DNA of 63,460 bases, filler included, from Lenisia limosa (taxonomy: Eukaryota > Protista > Breviatea), in assembly GCA_001655205.1 (NCBI GenBank). It is 10 parts of 10 records of this genome, joined end to end, with 100 filler letters (N's around TTAATTAATTAA, not from the genome) between each part and the next. Parts side by side here need not be neighbours in the genome. Positions count along the whole stretch, not along the records: positions 1 to 8,546 come from LPNZ01005049.1; positions 8,647 to 15,266 come from LPNZ01010956.1; 8 more parts are not named here. One strand, given 5' to 3'. Position numbers and translations under genes: made by a program. The notes under the pieces are model-generated. The model ran no database searches. It had not been told where the DNA came from and saw only the letters and a program-made list of their open reading frames with translations. Of the stretch, positions 1 through 11,800 are shown piece by piece (positions within the stretch are counted from its first letter, which is position 1; every line of letters begins with the position of its first letter).

Positions 1-3000
1 TTCTCTGGCGATTGTCTGTCACGACATATCTCCCAGCATAAGTCACCAGGATTTTGGCCCATAATTGAAGAGTTCCTTCAATGTTAGATTTGGTTCTAGG
101 CATACATTTTAGATTTCATATTTTCCATTTCTCATATTACTTTATATTATTTCATATTTATATTATTTCAGAGTTTCATTTTTTTTTTCACTCTGTTAAT
201 AAAACCCAATTTTATTGGACAAAATTTATTACGGACATTGAACATGATAAGTCCTGATACGATTATAAACAATAATATGCTCAAGATACGGGTCAGGTCT
301 TACCGCGGTCAGTGCGCATGAATTCCCGCCCACCTAGCGTAATAGTGATCAGCAGAAGCGATTTAATCAAGTCACTTAGAAGAGTCCGCCAGAATAACAG
401 AATGCCGACACATGCAAACACAAAGAACACCATCACGAAGGTCAGCGCTAAGTGCCCAGCCTGGGAGCAATAAAATCTGATATAAACAGTGTCTATATCA
501 TATATATTAGAGAGATGAGAAGTAAAACAGGTTGTTTCTGGCCGAAGCCGTCCACTACGCTTAAAAGAGATATTGAATTATAGTATAATTAATATTATTA
601 ATACAGCAATGAGACCCCCTAAATGAACCTCCTAACACCAAGAAAGTTCCCTGAACAGCCACAACGCATACCTGAACTCCGGGGTACGTTGCAATAGCCC
701 AGGGTGGTGCGTACTCTGTGGGAATCGGGTTAAGCCCCCTTCTCATCAACATCACCTGAAATCGTTAGATTTTCGTTTCGGAAAAGGGCAATCTTTTGGT
801 TTACAAAAAACATGCACCAAAACTTCCTCAAATTCCCCCCGCCCCCCACAAAACAANNNNNNNNNNNNNNNNNNNNNNNNNNNNNNNNNNNNNNNNNNNN
901 NNNNNNNNNNNNNNNNNNNNNNNNNNNNNNNNNNNNNNNNNNNNNNNNNNNNNNNNAGGATTCTCAGAGAAAGATCCCCCCAACAGTATCTTGGAAGGTC
1001 ATGAAGATGTTGACCCAAATGACAATCAGCACCAAAACGGTCACAACAAAGCTGAATATCATGGCACTTCGAACATCCACACGGAAGTCTTCAATGAACG
1101 CAATGGCCTGGGGTGTAAGGAGAGAAAAAGAATAATCTTAAGTGATAGTTTTATTTCAGTGAAAGAGGAACGTAAACAACGAAGGCAAAAATGAGTCTTC
1201 AATGAACGCTAAGGCCTGGGGTGTTAGGAGAGAAAAAGGATAATCCGAAAAAAGACAGAAGCATTTAAGGATAATGATGATGAAAAATATATACTAGGTT
1301 AAAGATAATGGTATGAAAAAGAACCAGTATTTAAGATAAAAGGAAACGAGTTTTCGCTGACAAATTTTCCATTCCAAACACTCAAATAATAATAATAATA
1401 ATAAAAATTACACTCTGGTTGGGAGCTTTACCTCATTTGAGTGCGTTTTCAGCTCGTGGATAAAGGCAGATGAAGGTGACCCCACGCCAAAAAGCAGACC
1501 TGTACAATATTAATAAATAAATAAATAATAATTATAATAAGAAATCTCAGCCACGCAAATACATAAATACATCCAAAAACCACTTTGAGATAAACAGAAT
1601 AGCGACACCAAGAACAAGAACAAGCCAGGAATGGAACACCAAAAACAAAATAACAAAGCAAAACCAAACAGAATAAATAATAATAATGATGAAGTGAATA
1701 GCAAACCGGGAATGGTGATTGCGAGTTGGACGAAGAGCGATGTCGACGAACCCTCCGAGTTATCGGGAAGAGCCGTCTCCAATCCAGCTGAAACGTCAGT
1801 GATAGGAGAAAATGAGAAATAAACAATAAGTTTGTCCACACCTCCACGCAAATAGGGAAAATTCAGCCTTTCGTACCCAACACTCAACAAATTCGTTCTT
1901 GCTTACCGGCAGTGTCGAGAGCGATTTTGTCTTCGGACGCAAGGAGGGAAAGGTGGATGGTCGTTTCAATCTGGTCCATTTGATGGTCAAAGATATTGAG
2001 ACTTGAGTTCAGCAGAATGCCAAAGATGACCACAAACTAAATGGGGTTAAAGTGGGTCTCCAAACAAGTTTACAGCAAGGGCTTCACCCCGGTACGAAAA
2101 AGATCGGGAAATATACTATATCCGAACCGAAGTGAAGCCCTAGTCCTGACCGCCAAGGAAAATCGGTCAAGAATCAGACTGGGGATTATCGAGTAATTCA
2201 GTCATTTTCTGGATCGGAGTGAAGCCCTTGTTAAAGCAACCAGATTCATTATGCAATTGTGAGCACCAAATCCAAAATGTTGCATCTAAACCTGAACAAA
2301 TCACTACTCCTATTTTGACGACTGAATTGCCAAGGTTTGACCCCACCCTCCCCACTTATCTACATTATGTCCAAACCGTACCATCATGGAGAGCGCCAGC
2401 GATTGGAAGAGTCGGAGAGGGAATCGGAAGGGCCATTCAAACGCCTATAAAATGAGTTTATAATTATGGTGAGGTAATTTCTATATTATTGGGCTTTTAA
2501 TTAGTTAAATAACATAATAACCTTGAAATGGTAAAATAAACGCCAAGCGAGGGATTAAATATGAATATTATTCAAGAGGGAGAGGGTGCTGATTGACATA
2601 AACCTTGGAATATTTAGCTAAACAAACGCCTGCGGAGGGTTATACCATGGAGAAGTAATAGTGTAATAGTGAAGGTCTCAACTACAAGGGTTCAGACCTC
2701 CATAAAAAGTACCCATTTTGCCTCAATGTTATAAATAGGGATACCCTAAAATCTTAAATAAACATCGAAACATCACCGATCTTATCGGACCGTGTGTAAT
2801 CTCAAATTTTACATCATTAATTATTTTCTGGGGTAACATTTGCGGAAAATTTCTCTCTCAACCCCTCCAAACAATTGAAGAGTGCATTTCATGAGGGTCA
2901 ATGTAGTGCTTGATCTTCCAAATGTAGTCGTATTTCATTCGGAGCAGCGCTTTGACAAAGAGGTTCTTCTGGTTGAAGGCCGACTAAAGTGGTAAGAAGC

Positions 3001-6000
3001 AATGGAAAAGAATGTTAAGAATAAAGTTGTAAGAAACAAATATTGCTAAAAAAACAAACTACAGTGGAAAAGAAAGAAAAAAAATAAAAAATAAAGGTAA
3101 GAACTAACAGTGGCTCAGAAAAACTACATGTAAATAATGGTAACAAAAAACATGGAAAAATGTTAAGAAAAATAAATAATGGGTAGGAAGCAATGGAAAA
3201 GAAGCAGGCTTCACTTCTGTTCGAAAAAAAAAGACCGAATTTCTCGATAAATCCTCGAAAACTATCATAATGTTAAGAGGAACTAAACAATGGGAAGAAG
3301 CAATGATAAAGAATGCTAGAAAAATGAAGTGTAAAAAAAAAAAAATTGCGGCTCAGTGCAATTAATTGCAATTAGTTACCTGACCATCGCAAATAATTGG
3401 CAATTTTTTAAAAACAATTGCTAAATTAATAAAAATGTTAAGTTACAGTCTGAAATTAAACTTTCGCTTCAGGAAATAATACTCCCAGGGTTCTGTAATT
3501 TCGTAAATTCGAAAAAAATGGAAGAAAAAAGTAACGACACCGGGATTCGAACGCAGAGCCAAAAATTTGGTCAACACGAGTTAACATTATTCATTGTTTA
3601 TCCTATATATTTACGTTTTAAATCTGTTATGAAGGGTCAAACAAGGCCAACACAGGTGGCTAGAATTGGGCACCTGTCAAGGCCAGGCATAAAAGCAACG
3701 GTATTTCGCCTTCTCCAGTTACCCTTTTCAGGTGGGTCTGTGCTATTGAGGACCGCTAGCTGTTCCTTTTTGCTTGAATTAAGATTAACGCCCATTTTAG
3801 GATTGCTCTGGTGGCCCGATGGCAGAAGCTGAAGCGAAGAGCTCCTCTACAAAAGAGTATGCTCAAAGGATATTACTGAGAGCATATTATTTTAATAGGA
3901 AGTGTAGACTTCATTCATTATCTATCGTATTGTTTTCTATGAGTGGGGTTGTTTGTTATTGATTTGTCAACACAATGGGCAATGAGGCGTTGGGCTATTG
4001 AAGCTGTATCTAATAATTCCTAGGAAACATGGCTTGAAGCAAGCTGGTTGGTCCAACTATAAGACTGCGAAGGAAGGCAAATTTCAAGCTCACAGGTTGG
4101 CTGTTTTTTCTTTTCTATATAACACACTACATTCAACATTTCAAGGGTTTGTTACTTCTAATATACGTGTAGCCCTTCAGAAAAGTTCGTTGGGAACATT
4201 CTTAAGAAACCTCGTGATGACGATGCTCCTGAGACTCGTGGCCGCAAGCGCTGTACTACGGAAACCACTGATCGCTACATTGTCCGAAGGCGTCGTATGG
4301 AACCTCGTATGACTGTTGTTGAGTTAGCTTCTGAGGTTACACACACCCTTGGCATCAATCTATCTGAAAATACTGTAATTAGAAGAGCCAATGAAGCTGG
4401 GCTGTTTTTTCGTCTTGATCGAAACTGCTGCTTAATGTCCGAGATTTGGCAGATTTGAAAACCAGGAAAGCACGACAAAAGATGAAAGAGAATTCTGATG
4501 AATTACCTTGGTCTAATCATCCTGATCTGCTTTCTGATGATCCCACTATTGGAAAATGCTGCGACAATAACAAAAGGAAGCTAGAGGAAGCCGAATCACT
4601 GAAAGCAGCTCAAAAAAAGAAAAAGACCAAAGATGATGAAACACATAGTTTTAGCTGTTGTTAATAATGTTGAGACTGTCACTATCGCTACTCGAGGCCG
4701 AGGCCGAGGTCGATAAAGAGGAAGAGGACGTGCAAGGGGAAAGTAAAAAATTTGATTCATGTTTATTTTTATCTGTTTACTGGTGGGTGAGCACAGGAAC
4801 TGTCTGCATTTTCGAAAAAAATAATTCATTTTTATCATTAAATTTCAAGAAAAAACAAGTCAGGATTCAACTAAAAAGGCGCCTTATATGCTAATATATA
4901 GTTTGATTGTTACAAAATTTTTAATTATGCAAATATTTTCAATTAATTGGCAGTTAATTGCTTCGAAAATAACCATTTATGGCAATTAATTGCAAGGCGC
5001 CCTAATAAAAATAAACAGTTGCAAGAATAAGAATAAAAAATAAAGACAATATTGTTCCATATTATTAACCTCAAGATACACGTTTTTGATACAATCAAAA
5101 AAAAAAAAAAATTGCCCCAAGCAAACATAAGGGTCTTCCTCTTTCGCACGCCAATGTTCCTCATCAGTATGGACAGACGTTCGGTGCATTCGAAGGACCC
5201 ACAGAAGAGCCCTTAATTGAAAGTTAGGGTTATACTCTATGAGATCACGACAAATGTACAAAAAAGTTGTTCCAGTTAAAATTTGTCAAAAACACTGACC
5301 GCGCTAGTCCTGACACAGATATTTAGCTTTATCATACGTCCATCGGGTCAGGACTTTTCGTGGTCAGTGTATTTGATATTTTAAGGTCACAATAAAAGTC
5401 CACATTTCAACCCACTTTCTCGAGGCGTATCGAATATCCCAGGGCTTATAAGTGCGGTGGTCCAGACTCAACAGTTTGCGCACAACAATGACGTCACTCG
5501 AACGGACCAAATGGGAGGGGTTGCAGCCCTTTGATACCGAAATCTGCGGCGTGAAAAGGGTGAATTGGAAAATTTATGGAGCAAAAAAAAACGCCATGTT
5601 GGCTGACAAAACACGAGGGTTGATAAAAACAAAACAAACAAAGCCNNNNNNNNNNNNNNNNNNNNNNNNNNNNNNNNNNNNNNNNNNNNNNNNNNNNNNN
5701 NNNNNNNNNNNNNNNNNNNNNNNNNNNNNNNNNNNNNNNNNNNNNNNNNNNNCACTTCTGTTCGAAAAAAAAAGACTGAATGTCAAAAACTATCTATATT
5801 TTACCGCTTTTTCGAACCTAAGTGAGGCCTTAAATAACACGCATGAAAAGTGACAGTCTATGAAACAAAGGGGAAGATGGAGATATTGGAATATTAAATC
5901 ATTGGTATAGCTACCATATATACATGTATGCCATATCATATAGGACTTCACTTCGGGATGAAAACGATCGATAAAATATCAAAATAGTCAATAGAGGATT

Positions 6001-8508
6001 TATCGATAAATTCAGTCTTTTTTCGAACCTAAGGGAAGAGCTAATCATATGGTATAATATATAGTATATAAGTATATCAGGCGATGGCCTATAGCATACC
6101 AGGAAACGAAGGGTGAAGAAGGCATAAAGGACAGCTACGATGATGAAGAAGTTGGAGGAGAACTTGAGAGAAAGGTAGGCGCTTCTATCAAGGTGTTGGT
6201 CGTACTCTGAGAGAACCATGCTGGAAAGGTTACAAGGACTAGGGGGGGGGGGGNNNNNNNNNNNNNNNNNNNNNNNNNNNNNNNNNNNNNNNNNNNNNNN
6301 NNNNNNNNNNNNNNNNNNNNNNNNNNNNNNNNNNNNNNNNNNNNNNNNNNNNNNNNNNNNNNNNNATATGATGTGTTGCCTCATGTACACTAATCGATCA
6401 TGGTTACAGGAAAATTCATTGTATATATCATAAACAGTGACTGGGATAAATCTTGACCGATTTTCTCAATGTTCCCAAGGAAAATCGGTCAAGACTTCTC
6501 ACGGTCACTGTATATTGCCCAATATCAACTAATCTATCATATTTACACCACGCTGAAAAGGGTTACAAGTGAAATCATTGCATATATCATGTGAGGTGTT
6601 GTCCGATATCCACTAGTAAGGCTTCACTTCGGTTCGAAAAAAAGACTGAATTTCTCGATAAGTCGTCGAAAATTATCGATATTTTACCAGTCTTTTTCGA
6701 ACCGAAGTGAACCCCATCCCCCCACAATCGGTAAACAAGGAAGGCATAGAAGATAACGAGAAGCAGTCCAAGGGGGTAAAGAACCCGGCCAGTTGACACT
6801 CTGTTACCGAGTACTAGGGGCACCATTGGTACCAAAATGGCGTAAACAAGCAGCTCAATGTTGCCTAGATTGTTAAGCATTGTTTTCTGTAATACTATAT
6901 CATATATACTGTCTGCATATTGCCTAAATTGTCAAATATGGTTATCAATCATATATTGCCTAATTGTGAATCCATATATAATGCAAGCTTAAATGAATCA
7001 AATTATAAGTCGGGCTTCACTTCGGATCGAACAAACAACAGAATTTCTCGATCAATCCTCGAAAACTATCAATAAATATTTTACTGGCATTTTTCGGATC
7101 AGAGTGAAGCCCTAATCATAATGAACCTAATTCATTTTNNNNNNNNNNNNNNNNNNNNNNNNNNNNNNNNNNNNNNNNNNNNNNNNNNNNNNNNNNNNNN
7201 NNNNNNNNNNNNNNNNNNNNNNNNNNNNNNNNNNNNNNNNNNNNNNNNNNNNNNNNNAGGTACGGACGCAATCTGTGATGTTAACGCAGTAATCACAAAG
7301 TAATAATAAATGGTATTTCAAAATTTGACTGTCACAATGGCACACCTAATATGATATCGAGCGCTCTCCTATGGCGAAATTTCTCAATAAATCGCGATAA
7401 ATATCGATATTTAACTGGTATTTTACGGCTCAAGCAATCCCAAATGATACCGTATGACATTATCGCATATCGTATATCGATATACTATAGCGATGACAGC
7501 CTCCGCCAGATACAACATTGTTTTCTAAATTCTCATTTCAGTGATATGTACATGTAGCTCTGTAGTAGATAGATATATATATATAGTATATATGATATGT
7601 ATTATCGATATATCATAGCAATCTGGGATGTAAAAAACGCAGTACTATTACTGTTATGACAATCTCATAAGTCTCTAAAATGGTATTTCATAGCAATCTG
7701 GTTCCAACTTTGAAGATGAAGCGGTATGTACCCGAACTCCCCGAGGTCAGCCTGAATGTTATTAAATTTCGAAAATAATGGGGGTGGGGGGGGGAGTTAA
7801 ATGGGAAAATTTATGAAACAAAAAAACCCAAAATCATCTCTGCTGGCTGTCTACATCATTACGCATATACATGAGCATGGGAGAGCCTTCGGAATTCACA
7901 ACTACTTCCAACCATTTTTTGTTATTTACGGTATTTTTCAGACCTAAAGAGCCCCTGTTGATATCACCCACATGAGGTCCTCGAATTGGAACGTGCCATT
8001 CCTTGATGTTACGCCCGGAGTGAAGGNNNNNNNNNNNNNNNNNNNNNNNNNNNNNNNNNNNNNNNNNNNNNNNNNNNNNNNNNNNNNNNNNNNNNNNNNN
8101 NNNNNNNNNNNNNNNNNNNNNNNNNNNNNNNNNNNNNNNNNNCTGTCTTGGATATTTAACGTTTCTTGTTTTATAGTAAATGAAGGCTATCTTTAGGGTT
8201 TCACTATGGTCCAAAAAAGACCGGTTTAATTCGAGAATTTATCGAGAAATTCAGTCTTGTTTCAAACCGAAGTGAAGCCCTAATTAAAATTTAGTCTATG
8301 ATGAAATAAGGCAAAAGAAAACAAATAATGAAAGGTTATGTAAGTACCAGCAGGGAGTTCATCAGATGAAGAACGAATGTCAAACAGAAAATTGCCCCGA
8401 AAAGAAAACATTGATATATAACACTCCTCACCTTGAGCTCTTCAACAGCAACCTCAACGTTTTTGAAGGCCACTGGCAAGTATCCAGTCGGGAATATCTG
8501 CCAATCAT
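1..8508 (-). CDS. Multi-exon multi-pass membrane protein of unknown family, partial (may be more than one gene)
   Basis: GT-AG-bounded exons, e.g. 8425-8508 DDWQIFPTGYLPVAFKNVEVAVEELK; 6720-6865 GNIELLVYAILVPMVPLVLG..LLLVIFYAFLVYRL; 6095-6218 SAYLSLKFSSNFFIIVAVLYAFFTLRFL; 2865-2985 SAFNQKNLFVKALLRMKYDYIWK; 335-460 AGHLALTFVMVFFVFACVGILLFW. Many hydrophobic helices; exon coordinates approximate. Confidence 0.6.
3350..5003 (+). mobile_element. Tc1/mariner-like non-autonomous element (DNA-binding domain only), inside an intron of the minus-strand gene
   Basis: KHGLKQAGWSNYKTAKE (about 4025-4094), short intron, then PSEKFVGNILKK..TRGRKRCTTETTDRYIVRRRRMEPRMTVVELASEVTHTLGINLSENTVIRRANEAGLFFR (4171-4420). 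This matches the Tc1 paired-like HTH pattern GRPRKTT..DR.I.R....P..T..L...VS..TVRRRL.E.GL. One frameshift, no DDE domain. Degenerate inverted ends of about 100 bp around TGCAATTAATTGC at 3358 and 4982. Confidence 0.8.
6434..6512. mobile_element. Palindromic MITE family B (about 80 bp, TIR starting CAGTGAC, core CTTGACCGATTT)
   Basis: cagtgactgggataaatcttgaccgatttt...aaaatcggtcaagacttctcacggtcactg|ta. Copies or halves at 9225-9296, 31783-31812, 32900-32932, 37110-37236 (tandem), 37555-37650, 45765-45822; variant at 5292-5371 and 248-315. Confidence 0.8.
6618..6715. mobile_element. Palindromic MITE family A (65-105 bp, TIR GGGCTTCACTTCGG, often TA-flanked); representative copy
   Basis: ggcttcacttcggttcgaaaaaaagactg...cagtctttttcgaaccgaagtgaacc. 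Other near-complete copies: 2078-2141, 5753-5831, 5942-6042, 7012-7113, 8195-8281, 14590-14675, 20751-20848, 22222-22322, 22966-23036, 23628-23725, 24341-24428, 30087-30174, 31650-31740, 35886-35985, 45457-45570. Halves near 2210, 3206, 32631, 36465, 36620, 41215. Confidence 0.9.
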
Positions 8509-8546
8509 CTGTGGGATATGTAAATACGTGTACATGCGAGATGAAT

Positions 8547-8646
8547 NNNNNNNNNNNNNNNNNNNNNNNNNNNNNNNNNNNNNNNNNNNNTTAATTAATT
8601 AANNNNNNNNNNNNNNNNNNNNNNNNNNNNNNNNNNNNNNNNNNNN
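8547..8646. other. Artificial contig spacer (44 N + TTAATTAATTAA + 44 N), first of nine
   Basis: Identical 12-mer with stops in all six frames, centred in a 100-nt N block, at 8591, 15311, 20958, 26117, 30604, 37957, 46680, 48994 and 51284. Confidence 0.97.
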
Positions 8647-8800
8647 ATCGTGGGCATCATAAAGTCGATTGAAGGAGGGATATCAAAATGAGGGAAAGGA
8701 ACAAGCAGCAACAGGAAAGGAGGAATATTGTTGGAAGGATAGTCTCTATTGAAACTACGATCATAAAGAAAATGAGAGCAAAAGTACCCAAGAAAAGATA

Positions 8801-11800
8801 ACACGCTTACCTGTATTGCTGAACTGAGGATTGCCTGGAACCGGCTCAGTGCCTGTGATGGTTATTGGGGGGGGGGGGGNNNNNNNNNNNNNNNNNNNNN
8901 NNNNNNNNNNNNNNNNNNNNNNNNNNNNNNNNNNNNNNNNNNNNNNNNNNNNNNNNNNNNNNNNNNNNNNNNNNNNNNNNNNNNNNNNNNNNNNNNNNNN
9001 NNNNNNNNNNNNNGATTTCCTCGTTAAAATAAAACCCGAAGTATTCTTCTTGCATCCCCCGACTTGATTTATTATCTTGTTACCCAAAAAAGTTCCACCA
9101 GTACATAGGGATCTTTTGATGGGAACAAATAGAAACGTCCTCACCTATTGCAGTGGAGCGAAGGGGTGAAGGAGCCTTGGTTGGGGACGTGGCTATCGGG
9201 GAAGTAGCTAAGAGGTCACAAATATATAGTGATCTTGAACGATTTGCTATGTGATATCCCAAGAAAAATCGGTCAAAACATATCCCAGTCACTGTATGTG
9301 AATATTATGAAAAAAGAGATCCACGAACGAAGATCTGAAACACGCAATAAACAGATATCTGTAACACCCAATAAACAAATAGTATCTATCTGAAACACAC
9401 TCAGAAGATCTGAAACACGCAATAAAGCGTACCAGTTGCTTGGAACTGTTTGGCTAGAGGGGAATGTGGAGCCGCGGCTCGTGGAATGATCGGGAGGTGG
9501 AAGGGACTGAAATGTGACAGGCTAATGGGGGTATGTGACAGACTAACGGAGGTATGTGTTTGTATACATCATAAATATATGTATATATTATGTGTGTTTG
9601 TGGAGGGATTTTTGGGTGAGAATACAATGAATACAATAAATACAATAAAATATATGGACACAATAAATACATGGGGAATATGAGGGAATTTCTCGATAAA
9701 TCATCGATATAAGCCTTAAAAATTATAAGTAATTTATCATATAAAATATGTAATTTTGTACGTGGCCATTTCAAGTCATTGGGTAAAATAAAAAAAAAGA
9801 CAAAAAAAAAAAAAAATCAAGTTCAGCAACCCAGCCGACATNNNNNNNNNNNNNNNNNNNNNNNNNNNNNNNNNNNNNNNNNNTGTGCAAGAACGGAAGA
9901 GGGCGGCCGGGGGGACAGTCGGGTGGGATAAGCGCAAGGTTCGGGACCAAGGGACCCTGGGCGTACCCGGGGTGAAGGAATGCATGCGATCTGAATGATC
10001 AACATCAAAGATCTCAGGGGGTGGAGAATTTCTTTGTAATTTGAATCTAACACTCACAACAGACCCCCCGCCCCCAACCCTGAGCTTGGGCGATCATGAA
10101 GATCCGAATGATGATTATGAAGGAATCGCTCCAATGGTCTCCCAGAACCCTCATTGCCGTAGGTAGGTCCCTGGTAATACCCGGGCCTCTGATTTGACCC
10201 GGCTCGGGCGTCAGAAGACTGATTGCCATAAAGAAGCGGAATACCCGGCGCCCTGTTGGAGTACCCGGGTGTGTCACGTGCATGTTGCTCACGGCTGTTG
10301 TGGTGGGGGTAGTAGGGGTCATGCTTCTCAAATTGTNNNNNNNNNNNNNNNNNNNNNNNNNNNNNNNNNNNNNNNNNNNNNNNNNNNNNNNNNNNNNNNN
10401 NNNNNNNNNNNNNNNNNNNNNNNNNNNNNNNNNNNNNNNNNNNNNNNNNNNNNNNNNNNNNNNNNNNNNNNNNNNNNNNNNNNNNNNNNNNNACAACTTT
10501 GTGCACACAGCTTTTTCTGCGTGCACAAAATACCAAGGACAAAATTCTTACCTAATTGAAAAACAAACAATATGACACTCAGTACACTCCACAGAATATG
10601 CATATGATTTATTAGTATTCTTCTTTAATTAATTGATATACTTACATTCTTGTTCTAAAAAAAAACATCCCACAACCGAGAGAAGCAAAAGTAAGGACGA
10701 CAAGCCTAAGATAATTCTCTACCAACAGCATACTGTTCTGCTCCGAGTCTGTAGGGTGCTGCAGATGCAAAAACTGTGGGTCTCTGATGGGTTCCTCCTC
10801 CTCCTCTTCAGATGATGACGACTGTGGGGGGGGGGGAGTAAGTAAGTATGGTGCAATACAAGTGNNNNNNNNNNNNNNNNNNNNNNNNNNNNNNNNNNNN
10901 NNNNNNNNNNNNNNNNNNNNNNNNNNNNNNNNNNNNNNNNNNNNNNNNNNNNNNNNNNNNNGAGAAACAGTCATTATACAATATGTGACAGTCATATGTG
11001 ACATACTCTGAACACAGCGTTATAATACGTTTGTATTTGCAATTAACCTTCCTTTTTTTTTATTTCATAAAAATACCACTTTTAACACTTTTACCAATTT
11101 TTATTATTTGACAACAGCTGTCACCCCCTTTTCAGATGAGCTCCCAAAATCACCCCCCCCCCCCNNNNNNNNNNNNNNNNNNNNNNNNNNNNNNNNNNNN
11201 NNNNNNNNNNNNNNNNNNNNNNNNNNNNNNNAACTTTGGAATTGTTCCCCTCAGAGGGCTGGAACTTCGCCCAGGGTCCCTGAGGCGCTACTACTGTCTG
11301 GGGGGGGAGTAAAATTGGAAATTTTTGGAACAAAAAAAAAACGTCCAAAACCAACTCTGTTGGCTGACAACACACGNNNNNNNNNNNNNNNNNNNNNNNN
11401 NNNNNNNNNNNNNNNNNNNNNNNNNNNNNNNNNNNNNNNNNNNNNNNNNNNNNNNNNNNNNNNNNNNNNNNNNNNNNNNNNNNNNNNNNNNNNNNNNNNN
11501 NNNNNNNNNNNNNNNNNNNNNNNNNNNNNNNNNNNNNNNNNNNNNNNNNNNNNNNNNNNNNNNNNNNNNNNNNNNNNNNNNTCTTAATGCTCGGATTCAC
11601 TCAGTGGAATGATATGCATGGCGTTGGCCCGATATCATATACTAAGTTTGACAAGTTTGTATGTATACAAATTTAAAAAATGAGGTTGAGCAATAAAATG
11701 AAAAGATATTGATCGGCTGAAGGTAGATAGATACCTAAACGAGAGAAAGATAACGTAAGAGCAGGGGTTGTTGTACCAGAATAATTCCCAGCACCTGCTT

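Noticed and set aside
7700-8026. Velvet/RHD-like domain from NGTFQFEDL and GTYRFIFKV
   Set aside because: Generic Ig-fold strands in what appears to be a membrane-protein ectodomain; too little similarity.
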